This document shows, one piece after another, positions 22,574 to 35,433 of a stretch of DNA of 40,132 nucleotides. Under the pieces are notes generated by a model that worked only from the letters and a program-made list of their open reading frames with translations, was not told the origin of the DNA and did not search any database. A program made the translations under genes and the position numbers. Source of the stretch: Toensbergia leucococca (lineage: Eukaryota); contig JALDZS010000208.1 in assembly GCA_022813965.1 (NCBI GenBank), forward strand, positions 1-40,132, given 5' to 3'. Within the stretch, counting starts at the first letter, position 1, and every line of letters starts with the position of its first letter.

Positions 22574-23845
22574 ATGGCTTTCATCAATTCGATGACTTAC
22601 ATCGCCTTTATCTGTTCTGTTCTTTTTCTCACATTTGCAGCATCAGACCTTACAGGCACTTTGATTGCCTCGTGCGAGAACAAAGAAATCATCACAGTAT
22701 TGATCAAGAACACAGGCAAAGTTGGAATATCTGTGCACACTCGGAACAATGTATTCGACTCTTATGGAAACCCGCATGTCTTCATCATTACAGACGAAGC
22801 TGGTCGCAGCATAGCTACGCCTTCAGAGAATCATCTGTTTGTTGATACAGTTGAAGGAAAGCTCCTGTACCTGGCTCCTGGTAAAGAGTACGAGCGTCCC
22901 TTCAACATGACGGAATACATCGACTTCGAACCCGACGAAAAAACCATCCAGGAAACAATAACAATCTCTCTATTTCCAACCGTGCTCGGAGTCGAAGGCG
23001 AAGCTCCACCTTTGACGGGCAACATCCTAATCAATCAGCAGCCTCGAAATGGCCTCCTATCAAACACCGACCTCTCAGAAATACCCCTCAACTCAGACGC
23101 CCTCAATCTGACCTGGGCCATCAATACCCGACCTGCCTCTCTCAAACCTCGCCAGTTCGCACCCAAGAGAGGAATACAATTTTTACCTGGAGAATGCAAG
23201 GGACCGGACATCCAAACCATGAAAAACGCTATCCTAGACGCCAGCTACCTCGCCTCCGCCGGCATCAACGCCGCCGCCTCCTTCGCCGACCCGCCCTTCA
23301 ACTACTTCTTCAATCCATCGCTCGAAACCTCCACCACCGTCGCCGGAGTCCTGCACCGGGTCATCTCCAGCCAATTAGGCAACAGCCAACTCATCGGCGT
23401 CTCCTGTAACGACACCTGGAGCCACTGCGGCAAATCTACGGGTAGGAACTCGTTCACAGGCGCTTACACGGTGCAAGATCCCATGCTGAACCGGGCCCCC
23501 GTCATCATCCTCTGCCCCACCGCTCTAGCCCTGCCCCGCAACCCAACGCCATGCACGGTACCGCCCGGCACAATCACCCTCGGCTGGACGATGCTGGAGC
23601 AGTTGGTGCAGATCTACAGCATTTCGGGGCCCGGCCTCGACGTGCGGCAGTTGGCACGCCTGACGGCGGCAGATGTCGGCAACAGTGTGAAGGCGGGGGA
23701 GGATACGACGATGGATGCGAGGGCGTACTCGTATCTTGGGAGCTGGGCTTGGGATCTGGGACTCGGGGGTCCTCCGTGGGATCAGCGGATCCTATGCCTG
23801 AGGAATTTCAACGCAGGCTTGTTCAATATATTTACCCAGGGCTAG
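22574..23845 (+). CDS. Secreted deuterolysin/neutral protease 2 (M35)-like protein lacking HExxH
   Basis: Signal-peptide-like N-terminus; prodomain-like VLIKNTG...LAPGKEYERPFNM; mature-domain pattern C....MKNAI.DA..LA, F.YFF, SCNDTWSHC, AYT, IILCP..L.LP...C. The Zn-ligand position reads MLEQLVQ. Confidence 0.75.
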   Translation: MAFINSMTYIAFICSVLFLTFAASDLTGTLIASCENKEIITVLIKNTGKVGISVHTRNNVFDSYGNPHVFIITDEAGRSIATPSENHLFVDTVEGKLLYLAPGKEYERPFNMTEYIDFEPDEKTIQETITISLFPTVLGVEGEAPPLTGNILINQQPRNGLLSNTDLSEIPLNSDALNLTWAINTRPASLKPRQFAPKRGIQFLPGECKGPDIQTMKNAILDASYLASAGINAAASFADPPFNYFFNPSLETSTTVAGVLHRVISSQLGNSQLIGVSCNDTWSHCGKSTGRNSFTGAYTVQDPMLNRAPVIILCPTALALPRNPTPCTVPPGTITLGWTMLEQLVQIYSISGPGLDVRQLARLTAADVGNSVKAGEDTTMDARAYSYLGSWAWDLGLGGPPWDQRILCLRNFNAGLFNIFTQG

Positions 23846-24193
23846 CAGAGAAGGTGTTTGTGCGTTGGAGTCTTGGCATTGTGGCTTTCACGACGGCGTG
23901 TTTCTGGTCGATGGAAATACAGCTTTGGGGGCAGAGAACCTTCCCTGCACTGTCTATCAATTTTGATGCGAACTTCAATATCTTTCTCAGCCTAGACAGC
24001 TAAAGAAATTTCTGCCCAAAGACCCATTCAAGTCACAGTCCACAGAACATCTCTGAAGTGCAGTAAATTCGCATTGACAGTCCACCAAATCAACTCCAAC
24101 CTCCAGAGGCACCCAATATATGTTCGACGAGCACTAATACAATCCCTCCTTTACCACACCTCTCCCACAAACAACACCTCCCCCATTTGCCCC

Positions 24194-24775
24194 TCAAAAA
24201 TCCTGCTCCTCCTGGAAAAACATGGTAAAGCTGATAATAGTCCCATAGATCAACAACCCCCCCACAATCGACATCGCCATAGCCGAATACCGAATCAAAT
24301 CGCAATGAGCCAACAGGGCCGGCAGCGCTAAAACACCCAAACATAATCAGCTCCCCTATCAATGCATGCCCCACCCAGAACCCCACACTCCATCCAAACC
24401 AAACCAAAAAATAAAAAAGGCATTAGAACATACCAACCCCCATAACCACAAAGAACCCCGTGCAAAACCTCCCAAAATCCACAACCGCGCTGCCGGCACT
24501 CTCCATAAAATCGTCCGGGTTGGCGCAGCGGCTGCAGATCCAGTTTGGGAGGGGGGCGATGACGTAGGATGCGACGACGAGGAGGGGGAGGTAGTTGTGG
24601 AAGAGGGCGGAGGAGAGGATGCAGAGGAGGAAGCCGATTGCGAGGACCTGTTTGTTTTTGGGGGGAGGGGATGTCAGTTGGGGGTTTCTTGTTGGGAGGT
24701 GAGGGGGTTGAGGATGGAGTGGGGATGGAGGCGTACGAAGGAGAGGGCGATGATGGTTTTGAGGCCGGCGGCCAT
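24194..24775 (-). CDS. VPS55: Vacuolar protein sorting 55 (OB-RGRP family); exons 24775-24737, 24647-24434, 24327-24194
   Basis: Spliced translation MAAGLKTIIALSF|VLAIGFLLCILSSALFHNYLPLLVVASYVIAPLPNWICSRCANPDDFMESAGSAVVDFGRFCTGFFVVMGV|ALPALLAH...IYGTIISFTMFFQEEQDF*. Not represented in the ORF track. Confidence 0.93.
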
Positions 24776-25164
24776 GGTGGGGTGGGTTTGTGGGTGGGTG
24801 GGGGAGGGATGTGGGTTGGTGAGCTGGTTAGCTAGAGAGCGACATGCGCTGAGGGCGGAGAATCGTTGGCCAAGTCAAAGCTAGTGAACGTGAGAAAGGC
24901 TGGTGGTATATCAGTGAGTCTTGACTTTCGTTTCTTTGAAATAGCTGGTGGGTTAGGAAGAGGAAAAGTAAGGTAGTCGTCGTTGATGAAGGTCGAGTTG
25001 CAAACTGGCGCTTGCAAAGATCAGCCCTACGAGTTCACGTTGCCTTCTGCTTGCCTAGAAGCTGCATCTACCATCTCTGCCTCAAGCCTCCACCCTCAAT
25101 ACTCCTCTGAACCAAATTACCTAGCACCGCGATATTCCAAGCCTGATGCTGCATCCTCATCGCG

Positions 25165-26075
25165 ATGTTCAGGAATAACTATGACAACGATTCCGTGACT
25201 TTGTGAGTACAGCATGTTTGCCCTCTAAACCTATCACTCATCACCTCCCCAGCTCGCCGCAAGGCCGCATCTTCCAAGTCGAATACGCTTCTGAAGCCGT
25301 AAAGCAAGGGTCAGTGGTAGTGGGCCTAGTCAGCAAGACGCACGCAGTTCTAGTAGCTCTAAAGGTACTAATCCCCAAGCTTTATTATCAACACGAAACC
25401 TCGACCAAATACTAACTACACCCCCAGCGCAATGCAGAAGAACTCTCCTCCTACCAGAAAAAAATAATAGGCATCGACACCCACCTCGGTCTCGCTCTCG
25501 CCGGCCTCGCCTCCGACGCCCGTGTCCTCTCAAACTTCATGAAACAGCAATCCCTCGCTTCAAAACTGACCTACGGCCGCGCCATTCCTCTCGAACGCCT
25601 CGTAGCGCAGATTGGCGAGCGTGCTCAAACAAATACTCAACAATATGGGAAACGGCCATATGGCGTGGGGTTACTGATAGCGGGCGTGGACGAGACGGGC
25701 CCGCATTTGTTCGAGTTTCAGCCGAGTGGGATGACGCAGGAGATGATAGCTTGTGCAATTGGGGCGAGGAGTCAAATGGCGCGAACGTATTTGGAGAGAC
25801 ATTTGGAGCAATTTGAGGGAGCGACGAGGGAGGAGCTGATTGGGCATGGGTTGAGGGCTTTGAAGGAGAGTTTGAGTCAGGATAAAGAGTTGACGATTGA
25901 GAATACGAGCGTTGGGGTTATTGGGATGGGAAAGCAGGGGGTGAAGAAGATTGAGAGCTTCGTGTTGTATGACGGGGCTGAGACGGCGTCATGGTTGGAG
26001 GCTGCGATGGAAAGTACACAAGGACCGGAGACGACGACAACCGACGCAGGCGATACAATGGAGGTTGATCCGTAG
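25165..26075 (+). CDS. PRE5: 20S proteasome subunit alpha-6 (PSMA1 orthologue); exons 25165-25202, 25253-25364, 25428-26075
   Basis: [66 protein letters not shown]. Confidence 0.97.
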
Positions 26076-26193
26076 TTTGGTAATTAGTACCCTATCTGTT
26101 CTACCCAGTCCAATGCGCCATGGCTATGTCTCCGGCTATGCAAAATTCCACCCAAGAAAACATTCAATCATCCCAGACCATCTCCCATGCATC

Positions 26194-26947
26194 TCACTTC
26201 TGATTCCAGTCCAACCGATACCTCCCCTCGGCACATCGATATTCCTGCAGTTGCCTCACCACCTCCTCGGCATCCAGAGCCTCGACCAGGATTCCCGCAT
26301 TCCCTGGCGCGATGAACCCTGCACTCACCGCCGTCCGCACCCACTGTATCAAACCATCGTAGTACCCCTCAACATTGAACACCACAATGCCCCTCCCATG
26401 AATCCCCAACTGATTCCACGTAACTACTTCCATCAACTCTTCTAAAGTCCCATAGCCCCCTGACAAAGCCACAAACCCACTTCCAGGCCCACCCTCAATT
26501 ACAGATTTAGCCATTAACTGCTTCCTCGTGTGCATATCCGGCACCACGGTGGTCTTCCCGTACAAGGCCTCATCAATCGAAGTCTTGCCACCCGAGGTGC
26601 CATTGCCATCTTGCTCATACTTGATCAGGGCTTCGGGAATGATGCCGTGGACGGCGTGGGGACCGGAAAGAGAGACGAGAGTGCGGGCTAACTCGCCCAT
26701 GATACCGATTGTACCGCCACCATAGACGAGGGAGATTTTGTGGGCGTGAAATGTTTGGGCGAGGTTGCGGGCGGCAGCGAGATGGGCCGGGGAGGTGCCA
26801 GGGGAGGAGCCGCAGCTGGAGAAAGATTAGTGTGAGTTGAACCTTGGGTTATTGGGGGCATTGGTACAAGACGCAGACTGTAGTTGGATTGGAAGTTGCA
26901 ATAGTGGTAGGGTTACGAGGGGATATAGTTGTGGAACGGGATGCCAT
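26194..26947 (-). CDS. LOG1: LOG-family phosphoribohydrolase (often annotated lysine decarboxylase-like); exons 26947-26868, 26815-26194
   Basis: VCVFCGSSPG, LVYGGGT.G.MG, MHTRKQLMA, SGGYGTLEEL (PGGxGTxxE motif), TWNQLGIH. Confidence 0.92.
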
Positions 26948-27364
26948 GCTGAACAATGGTCACAGGAAGAAAGATAGCTAGGGACTGAGAGGTGTTCCAG
27001 GATAGGAGTGAGAAGCAAGAGCTTGACTGATAGGGACGTATTCAAGCCAGACTGATTATATCGAACCGGTAGGGAAAGAGTGTGTTTGGCACAAGATGGC
27101 TTTCATATGGCACTGAGATGAGTAGCAAATATCAATATCATTGAACTCCGATAGCCCATTGCCATTGGGAACAACAGACGACGAAATTCTGCAACTACGT
27201 CATACATATTGATCCGTAAGTTACCTCTAAAGTCCACCCAGGCCGCCGTAGCAAGACGCTTGGCTTTCAGGGTTCAATTTAATCCTACCTCTTAACGATG
27301 AATATCGTTCTTGTCTGTTGTCTCTTTTTCCTCAGGCATCAACTGTCTATACTATCAGCTCAGC

Positions 27365-29498
27365 ATGCCTCCTCAAGTGCCTCAAGCTGGTGATGCCGCA
27401 GATGCTCAAGGCTCTGGCATGAGTGTAAGACGTGGTCATTACGACGCTGTTCCAAATTCCCCTCCACAGTGCTAACAAACACCAGTCGACCGTCAAATCC
27501 GTCATCCAAGCCGTCTCGATTTTCATGATTGTTCAATTTGGAGTCTCGCAACTGTTTGGCGGCAACAAGAATGCCAGTACCTCCAACCCAGGAGCTACCT
27601 CACCTATACCAGACTATGAAGCAAGACCCGATGGTACCGCTGATATCGACAGCTATAATCCAATTCCTCAGAAAGTTGCGCCAATATGGCCTATGAATAG
27701 CACTCTAGATTTGAGTATTTATGTCGCTCCATCCTTGGTTATGCCCTCCTTGAGCTCCGTCAATCCAGATACATTGGTTTTGGAAGAGAAGGGCTTCACT
27801 CTTGGTGATTGGAAGGACAAGCGGGAGATTGATACGTCATTTGCAGTACCTGTTGAAGTACAGAACAATGGAACCCTATGGGCCCACTTTTACGTTGCCA
27901 TACAAGGTCATGCACTGGATCCGGGTGCCAAAGACTACGATGTGGCCAAGGCCTATCACTTCTTCCGCCCCTTGAACCAGGTTCTGCCCAAAAAGAAGGT
28001 CAAGAAAACAAAGAAGCTTTTGGGCAACTCGGAAGCCCCAGAAGAGATCGAGGTCCCTGTCCCGGAAGGTCCGATCTTTTCATCTTATTACCACCCTAAT
28101 TTCACAATGTCCTTCATTCCCGACTCCGGAACCCAAGTCTACACAAGCATGCACCCCGCTGTTCGTCAGAATGTCCAACTCGAAACTACGGGGGCTCGAG
28201 ACGCTTCCGGCCAGCATGGTTGGTACTATCCCATTCTTTTTGTCAATACTTTCTGGCAGCTTAGAGACCATATGACGGAATTGAATTCGACCGTGCAAAG
28301 ACTTCCGCTTCATATCACTTTGAATAACATGAATAATTGGAAATTCACCGTTTACTCGAGTGTAGAAGAGGGAACAAAGCAAACTCAAAGGCAAGCTGCC
28401 AGTGGTGGACCTACGCCAGCGGGAGGTGATGGAAGCGAATTTGAGGAATTCAAGAGGGTACTAGTTGACACGAACATCTATTTACTATCCACCACAGCGA
28501 TTGTCAGTGTACTTCACATGATTTTTGAGATGTTGGCTTTCAAAAGCGATATAGTAAGCTTTTTAATCTCATCCAATCCTATTGCTTTCTCTTACCAATA
28601 TGAAAGTCCCACTGGCGAAATAAAAAAGACAATGTAGGCACCTCTGTGCGCACAATAGTCGCCAATGTCTTTATGCAAGCAATCATCTTCCTGTACCTTC
28701 TCGACAACAACGAAAACACCTCCTGGATGATCCTCTTCGGCCAAGGCATGGGAATCCTCCTCGAAGCCTGGAAAATCACAAAAACAGTCGACGTTCGCGT
28801 CAGACCGACCCCGGACGGTTCCTGGTTACCCTACAGCGTCACATTCGAGGACAAACACAAGTTGTCCGACACGGAACAAAAGACGAAAGAATATGATGAG
28901 ATTGCCTTCCGCTATCTCTATCTCGTTGCTATTCCCCTCTTGGGCGCATACGCAGTCTACAGCGTGCTCTACGACTCCCACAAAAGCTGGTACAGCTTCG
29001 TCATTACAACTCTAGTCGGCAGCGTTTACGCCTACGGATTCCTAATGATGGTCCCAAGTCTCTACATCAACTACCGCCTCAAAGTACCATTCCCCCTTTT
29101 CCCCAAAATCAAACCTCCACCCACTAACCCCACCAACCCTCCAGAGCGTAGCCCACATGCCCGCCAAAGCCATGACGTACAAATTCCTCAACACCTTCAT
29201 CGACGATCTCTTCGCCTTCACCATCAAAATGCCCACCCTCCACCGCCTCGCCACCCTCCGCGACGACGTCATCTTTTTCGTCTACCTCTACCAGAACTGG
29301 GCTTACAAGATCGATTATACGCGCGTGAACGAGTTTGGGCAGGGGGGTGATGAGGAGGAGGTGGAGGTCAAGGTGGCGAGTAAGCCGCTTGTTGCGCCTG
29401 CTGGGGGGGAGGGCAGTCTTGGGGCGGATAGAGCGATTGAGGGAAGGGTGGAGAAGGCGACTGGGGTGCAGAGAGGGGAGGGAAGGAAGAGGAAGTAG
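27365..29498 (+). CDS. CLPTM1-family membrane protein; exons 27365-27424, 27486-28553, 28607-29083, 29145-29498
   Basis: VQNNGTLWAH, YYPILFVNTFWQL, FEMLAFKSDI, TKEYDEIAF, PSLYINYRLKSVAHMP, YKFLNTFIDDLFAF.IKMP.LHRLATLRDD, RVNEFG. Confidence 0.95.
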
Positions 29499-29859
29499 GG
29501 TGCTTTTTGTTGGGAAAAGTGGGTGTCTGATGCGCGGAGGCGATTGTGTATCTTCATATGTGTGATTGTTTTTCATATTCTCGATGAATCTGCTTCAAAG
29601 TCTATCCAACGCCATCCCCCAATACATCGAAAATCTCAAGCTCCGATAATCCCAATCCCAATCCCGTACGATCCAAACTACCGTCAAAGCAAATCCTACA
29701 GCCAAACCTCACAACGGGCAACGGGCCGATCCATTAGATCCACTGTCCATCCATCTCTAAACCTCGCTACAAAACACCTCGTTCAAAAACCTCACCATCC
29801 TCCCTTTTTCTTTGGCTGGCATGTAGCAATTAAGTCTCTTTACTCTCTCTATCTCATAC

Positions 29860-30540
29860 ACAAAAAACAAAAGATCAGTATTTATGGACTTCTCACTTTA
29901 AGATGATCTTCTCTAATTCTGCTCTGACAAAAAAATACCTCAAAAAGATAAGATAAAAATAAAGAGAAAGCATAAATTAATCTCTCTCTCAATATTCTTA
30001 AAGCTCTCTTTTATTTCTGAACTCTTTCACTGAGAAAACACAAGAAATTTAGAGAGAGAATAAAAGTAAGATAATGACTTGAGAGAGAGAGAAGAAGAAG
30101 AAGAAAGAAGAAGAAGAAAGAGAGGTGAGAGTACTGTGATGAGAAAAAAATGAAATCTGAGGTACACTAAGAAACAGAGCCTGCTCTTTTGAGAAAAACA
30201 TCATTCAATTAAAAGAAGGGAAGCTCAAGCAATTCAACCCTTTAACATCAAATCTTCATCAAAGCCCTCACTCAGAATCACAACCAATGACTCAACATTC
30301 ACATCTCTCACCCTCCTCACAATCACTCACTCTCAACAAAAACTCAGCGCACAAACCTTCACTCTCAGACATCACATAGACATTTCATCAAGGATTTTTC
30401 ACAAATAAGCTCAACAAGGTAGAATAAGACAAAGAAGCGCATCAACACAAATATTCCGCATTTATTTTTGACTTGAGAAGGAGGTAACACTTGAGGCATT
30501 GCTCAAAATATGCAGCTGTCATCAGTAATGTAACCTGTCA
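29860..30540. other. CpG-depleted, AT-rich RIP-like island
   Basis: Abrupt compositional shift between two convergent genes, with very few CG, many TG/CA/TA and GAA/GA tracts. Origin not identifiable. Confidence 0.55.
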
Positions 30541-31243
30541 GTCTAAGCTAGCTGTAGGCCTGTAGAACCATTACTAAGTCAAGGCTTGAAAATCGTGCTT
30601 TTTCATCTTCTTTTTCTTCTCCTCCTTCTCCACCGATTGAGTCAATGATGAAAAGGGACGACAAGACTATTGAAAAAGACCACCTCAAAATGACTGACTG
30701 ATTGAATGAGGAAGACCGAAGATGAAGGAAAAACAAATTTAAAATACTCCAAGAATACTCTTTTGAGATTGACAAACAAACTAAGTGTAACATGGTATAT
30801 TGTGTTAGAACGCATCAAACAGCGTGTATCAGTGCCCATACCTGAAAATAAATCAGCAATATCAAGAAACATGAAAGGAAAACGTAGTCTGATCAAGCTC
30901 TAGCCACATGATCCTCTAAAAACGAGTAAGTTGATCAAATGTTTTATTCCTTTTCTCACTCAAGATATACCCATACCAGCACTTTACTGGCCCATGCTTC
31001 GTAAACCCCCAACAAGTCAACAACACCACAAAGTAGATATCCAAAAAAGCCGCCAGCGAAGACAAAAACAAACCGGTTCCCTGACCGCACGACGATCTAA
31101 CGTCTGACGAGACTGCATCAATCTGTCCACCTCCCGAACACATATACCGAGAAATGGTTCTCAAGCGTCTGTAACAATTGCCCTGAACTACGAGCAAAAG
31201 GAGAAGAGAAAAATCTTTCGTCAAGCGGAAAAAGAAAAACATC

Positions 31244-33292
31244 CTAGCAAAAAGTCTTCCACACTCTTTTCGCAGCAGACCAATTCTGTCTCTCAAGTCT
31301 ATCCTCCTCAAGCAACTGCGCAAGATTCAATTCGCGCACTCCAGACACCAGATCTACGTCCTTGGTACGTCTAATGCTGGTACGGCGCACCAACTTATAA
31401 ATGACGTACATGGACACCACGAGAAAAACAGAGAGATAAGCCTCAAAGAAATTTTCCACTCGCTCACCACCCGTCAATGAGCCATAGCCAGGCGGGGCCA
31501 TGCCAGTCCAGAATTGAGCAATTATAACAAGGCAATTGAAAATGAAGCCAATCCAAGATCCGATAACACCAGGTTGAGAGCGGAAAGCCAATTCACTGAG
31601 AGAACGGCCTTGCACTTTCCAAGCTTTACGGAAGCGGATGTGGCAGAGGCAGATGGAGCCCCAGGTGAAGATGGCCGAAAGACCGGAGATGGCAAGCATC
31701 CAGGTGAAAGCTTGAGTACGTGTGTCTGGGCCTGCAGCAACCAGATAGCATAGGAAACCAAGAGAGGATGCGAAAATGATAGCGACAAGTGGTCTACCGG
31801 AGCGGTCAATGTAGCTGAATATTTTGGGGGCATGGCCTTGGTCGGCGAGAGCGGCTATAGTTCGGGAGGATCCGTAGATGGAAGAGTTTCCTACGGAGAG
31901 GACGGCAATCATGATGACGACGTTCATAACCGAGGGTAGACCAGCGATACCGGCATCTTTGATAGCAATGACAAAAGGAGAGGCGTTTGCGTCTGAGCTT
32001 CCGGATCCATTGATGAGTTGATCATTGGTATACGGCACCAAGACACCGACCAATACCAAAGAAATCATGTAGAACTAAACGCAAGTCCAACAATCAGTAT
32101 TGGTATTGGTGGCGTGTAATGCGCTCAACTTACCAAGAGAATACGCCAGAAAACTTGCTTGATAGCTGATGGAAGACTTTTCCGGGGATTTTCAGTCTCG
32201 GCAGCAGCAAGACCCACCAGTTCCGTACCACTAAAGGCAAAAGCAGCGGTGACAAAGGTTGCACAAAGTCCTTTAAACCCGTTGTGAAAAGCACCGGGGT
32301 TATACCAGTAACGAGCGCCGATGTATTCACCGCTTGGATCGGCTCCAGTGTCGAGGCAGATGCCGAGTATACTTTGGAGAATTAGAAAGAGTAGGTAGAT
32401 CTCAGGCTGGGGATACTTTACATAAAACCAACAATGGCAACAACTTTGATGATCGAAAAGACAAATTCTGCTTCACCATAACCCTTTACACCAAAAAGGT
32501 TGATCGAGATGATGACGACCAGAAAGATGGTAACCTGACGATATTAACATAAGCCGTTGAAGCCAAGTAAAGCTTGTGAGCTGCTCCACCGGAGGCATAC
32601 CCAAACGCAAGGATTTACACTCCTCGCCCCTTCCCAATAGTTGATTGTAATTGAAGCCGCGATGATCTCGAGTGGAAGAGTTATAAGCCAGTTCAGAGCG
32701 TAACTGATCCAAGGTAAGCATCTGATTGTGTATGATGAATGGACAACTATTACTTCCAACCCATAGCAAAGCCCCAAGCAGGATCCAAAAATCTGGTGGA
32801 ATAGGCTGCAAAAGAACCGGCTACGGGAAAGGTGACCGCCATCTCCCCCAATGCATGTACAGTGCAGTACAACATTATTCCAATCAGGCCGTAGGCAATG
32901 ACCAAGGATGCAGGACCCCCGATGGCCAAGGCAGAGCCGGATCCGACAAACAGACCAGTGCCTGCTTTGCGTTAGCAAGTAGGTAAGACTTGAAGCTCTG
33001 TCAGAGTCGTACCAATGGAGCCTCCAATGGCAATCATCTGAAGGTGGCGGCCTTTGAGTTTGTGTGCCAATTCACCTTTGGGCGGCTCAGTGCTGCCACC
33101 CTCGACGACCTTCCCATCAGCACCAATGACGCCAGCTGGAGTTACGCTGGCGGTAGGGTTGGGTTTGAAGCTATCAATAAAGTTGGACCATTTGGAGCCT
33201 GTCAATGGTTCGACGGAGCCCTGCTGGTACTCATAGTCTGGGGAGGCATCGGACGGGGATGGAGAGGTCTTTTCGGTGAATGATTTCTCCAT
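31244..33292 (-). CDS. Amino-acid permease (APC/YAT family, Gap1-like), multi-exon
   Basis: LKGRHLQMIAIGGSIG|TGLFVGSG, ALGEMAVTFPVAGSF, RFLDPAWGFAMGW, SPFVIAI, SVGNSSIYGSSR, HIRFRKAW. Short GT-AG introns. Orthology to GAP1 not established. Confidence 0.95.
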
Positions 33293-34889
33293 GACTGCGA
33301 GGTGTAGTAAGGAATAGAGTAGTGCTGTGGTTCTCGAAGAGGATTGTAGGTGGATATATGTATGGAGGGGTATGATGAAGATTGACCATGGTTGTGTGTG
33401 AAGAGCTTGGTTCCGTCATGATGGTTGGGGAATGGAAGGAAAATTTTGCATTCTGTGATAGGAAAGTTTTGCCTTTTTGCCTGTGACTTCATCTGGTAGG
33501 GAAGTCAGACTTTTGACTCCATCTAACAGGCTCAATGTTGCATAATCATATCTAACCTTCCACGCTTCCTGCACAATTCAACCGACAAAAAGGCCGACGA
33601 GGCAATCCATGTCATACAGAGACTTAGGCATCCTATCAATGCGCAAAATGCCATGTATTGTGATGGTGTGGCGCTGGCTGCTGTAGGGCAGTTCTTGGCG
33701 TCGCTCATGGTCTGTTACCCATATTCTAGCAGAAATGCGGCGGAAACCCCGCTGAATCTTCTTGCGATTGTCGATCAGACTTGCTTTTTGGTTGGAGTGT
33801 ACCGGTGCCTCAAAATGGTTGCTGGATGAGGCTTGGCAGTTGTAAGCCCTTCAAGATAAAGTAGGATCTAGTAAAGCGCCAAGCCTGCTGGGTGAAAAAC
33901 TTTGATAAGGACCGACTCGCTAATCTTGAAGAGGATCTGACACATGCGGCGTTTGAGAGCTTTAGGGCCAGCCCTACCTCGCCAGCATTATCACCACGAC
34001 TGCCTATCTTTAGCCCTAATGAATATGATTCGCTTGAGCTGACCTATATAGCGGCGGGGAGACCCACCAATCAGATCATTGTAATTTGGCTGTAGTCCTA
34101 ATTAGGGCACAATTCTACGCTCACTGCTCTCTGTTCAACATACTCTAATAGTAATTTTGATCAACATAGCTTCTGGACCATTTTCAAGCATTGCAGTATG
34201 ACGGGTAGTTGATTTATCATCTACAACGCACTGAATAATAGAAGCAATCAAGTCATCAGATACCTGAGAGTTATAAGTACATTTCATGAGGGTGCTGTGT
34301 GAAAGAATAATATATTTTTTGAGCCTAATATGACATACTCACACCTAGATCATTTTGATGATGGAGAAGTCAGAAGGATGACTCTTCTTGAGGGGCATCA
34401 CAGATTAGTGGGCAAAAATAACATACTCAGAATAGATCATCTTTGTAGCGATGAAAAAGCGGAAGATTGTCTGAGATGCAGGCTTGACGACGGCTATATA
34501 CCGGATCAGCGAATCCATCATGACAAGGACCGCACAGCTCAGTCTCAGGCAGTATGACCCTATCCGCTCACTCCTTGAACTCAGCTTTCAAGCCCGGCTT
34601 TTCCTGTATAACACAAAAAGGAAAAAGATCTCACGAACAGCAAAGAACAAATCACACCAAAGAGTCAACACCACAGACAACACCACATCTGACCGGTCTC
34701 GCTAAGCAGGCAGAAATCTCTCACTAACCACGTGCCGGCCTTCGGATGAAGCAATTGATCCATGCCTGGCGATGTAGCGCGTCATGGGTCGCGACCGTGA
34801 TGAAAGCTCACGATACATGCAGTGTTAATGGATAACATGTTCACTTGATAAGCCTCATTACAACAGTCCCCTCTTCATGGTAGCAGTGG

Positions 34890-35420
34890 AAAGCGACTTA
34901 CAAGCGAGACTGTCTCCTATCCCCCTTTTCGCTACTACCGCTTTTTCCACCTGCCTTGTAATCAGTCTCGTACAAAAGTCCCTCCATCTTGGAAGAACAC
35001 TAAAGGTATTCACCAGCCGAATCGCCTCCTTTCGCCCTTTCGCCACCCCTCGTTTCTCCGTCTGCCTCTTGACTATCATCGTTGCTTGAGTCTCTATTTT
35101 CCGGAAGAAGAGTAAAGCGACATACCAGGCCAATTGCCTCTTTTCGCCCTTTCGCCCTTTCGCCACCACTCGTTTCTCCATCTGCCTCTTGACTATCCTC
35201 GTTGCTTGAGTCTCTATTTTCCAGAAGAAGAGTAAAGCGACATACCGGGCAAATTACCTTCTTTCCCCCTTTTCGTCTTCACCAGAAGCTTCTATCTGCC
35301 TATCGATCAGTCCTGTTGCATAATTTCCTGCTTGTTGAAAGGAAGTTAAAGCGACTTACCATTCAGACTGTTTCTATCATCGATTCGCTACTATCGTTTA
35401 CCCCATCTGCTTTTAAATCA
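34890..35420. repeat. Tandem array of ~4.5 units of 112-120 bp
   Basis: Anchor AAAGCGAC(A/T)TAC or a variant at 34890, 35002, 35114, 35234 and 35348. 35031-35130 and 35151-35250 differ at only 5 positions. Confidence 0.9.
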
Positions 35421-35433
35421 CCTGTTCGCTGCA

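Noticed and set aside
24074..24884. Plus-strand ORFs 24074-24331, 24366-24884 and 24569-24835
   Set aside because: Antisense shadows of the spliced VPS55 gene.
29875..30540. De-RIPed minus-strand reading ending ...ELEKIILK(R)EVHKY
   Set aside because: Requires reverting about a dozen stops. Any stop can be 'reverted' by T>C, so this is not evidence.
34890..35420. CRISPR-like array
   Set aside because: Eukaryotic context; whole units are similar along their length with no unique spacers, and there are no cas genes.
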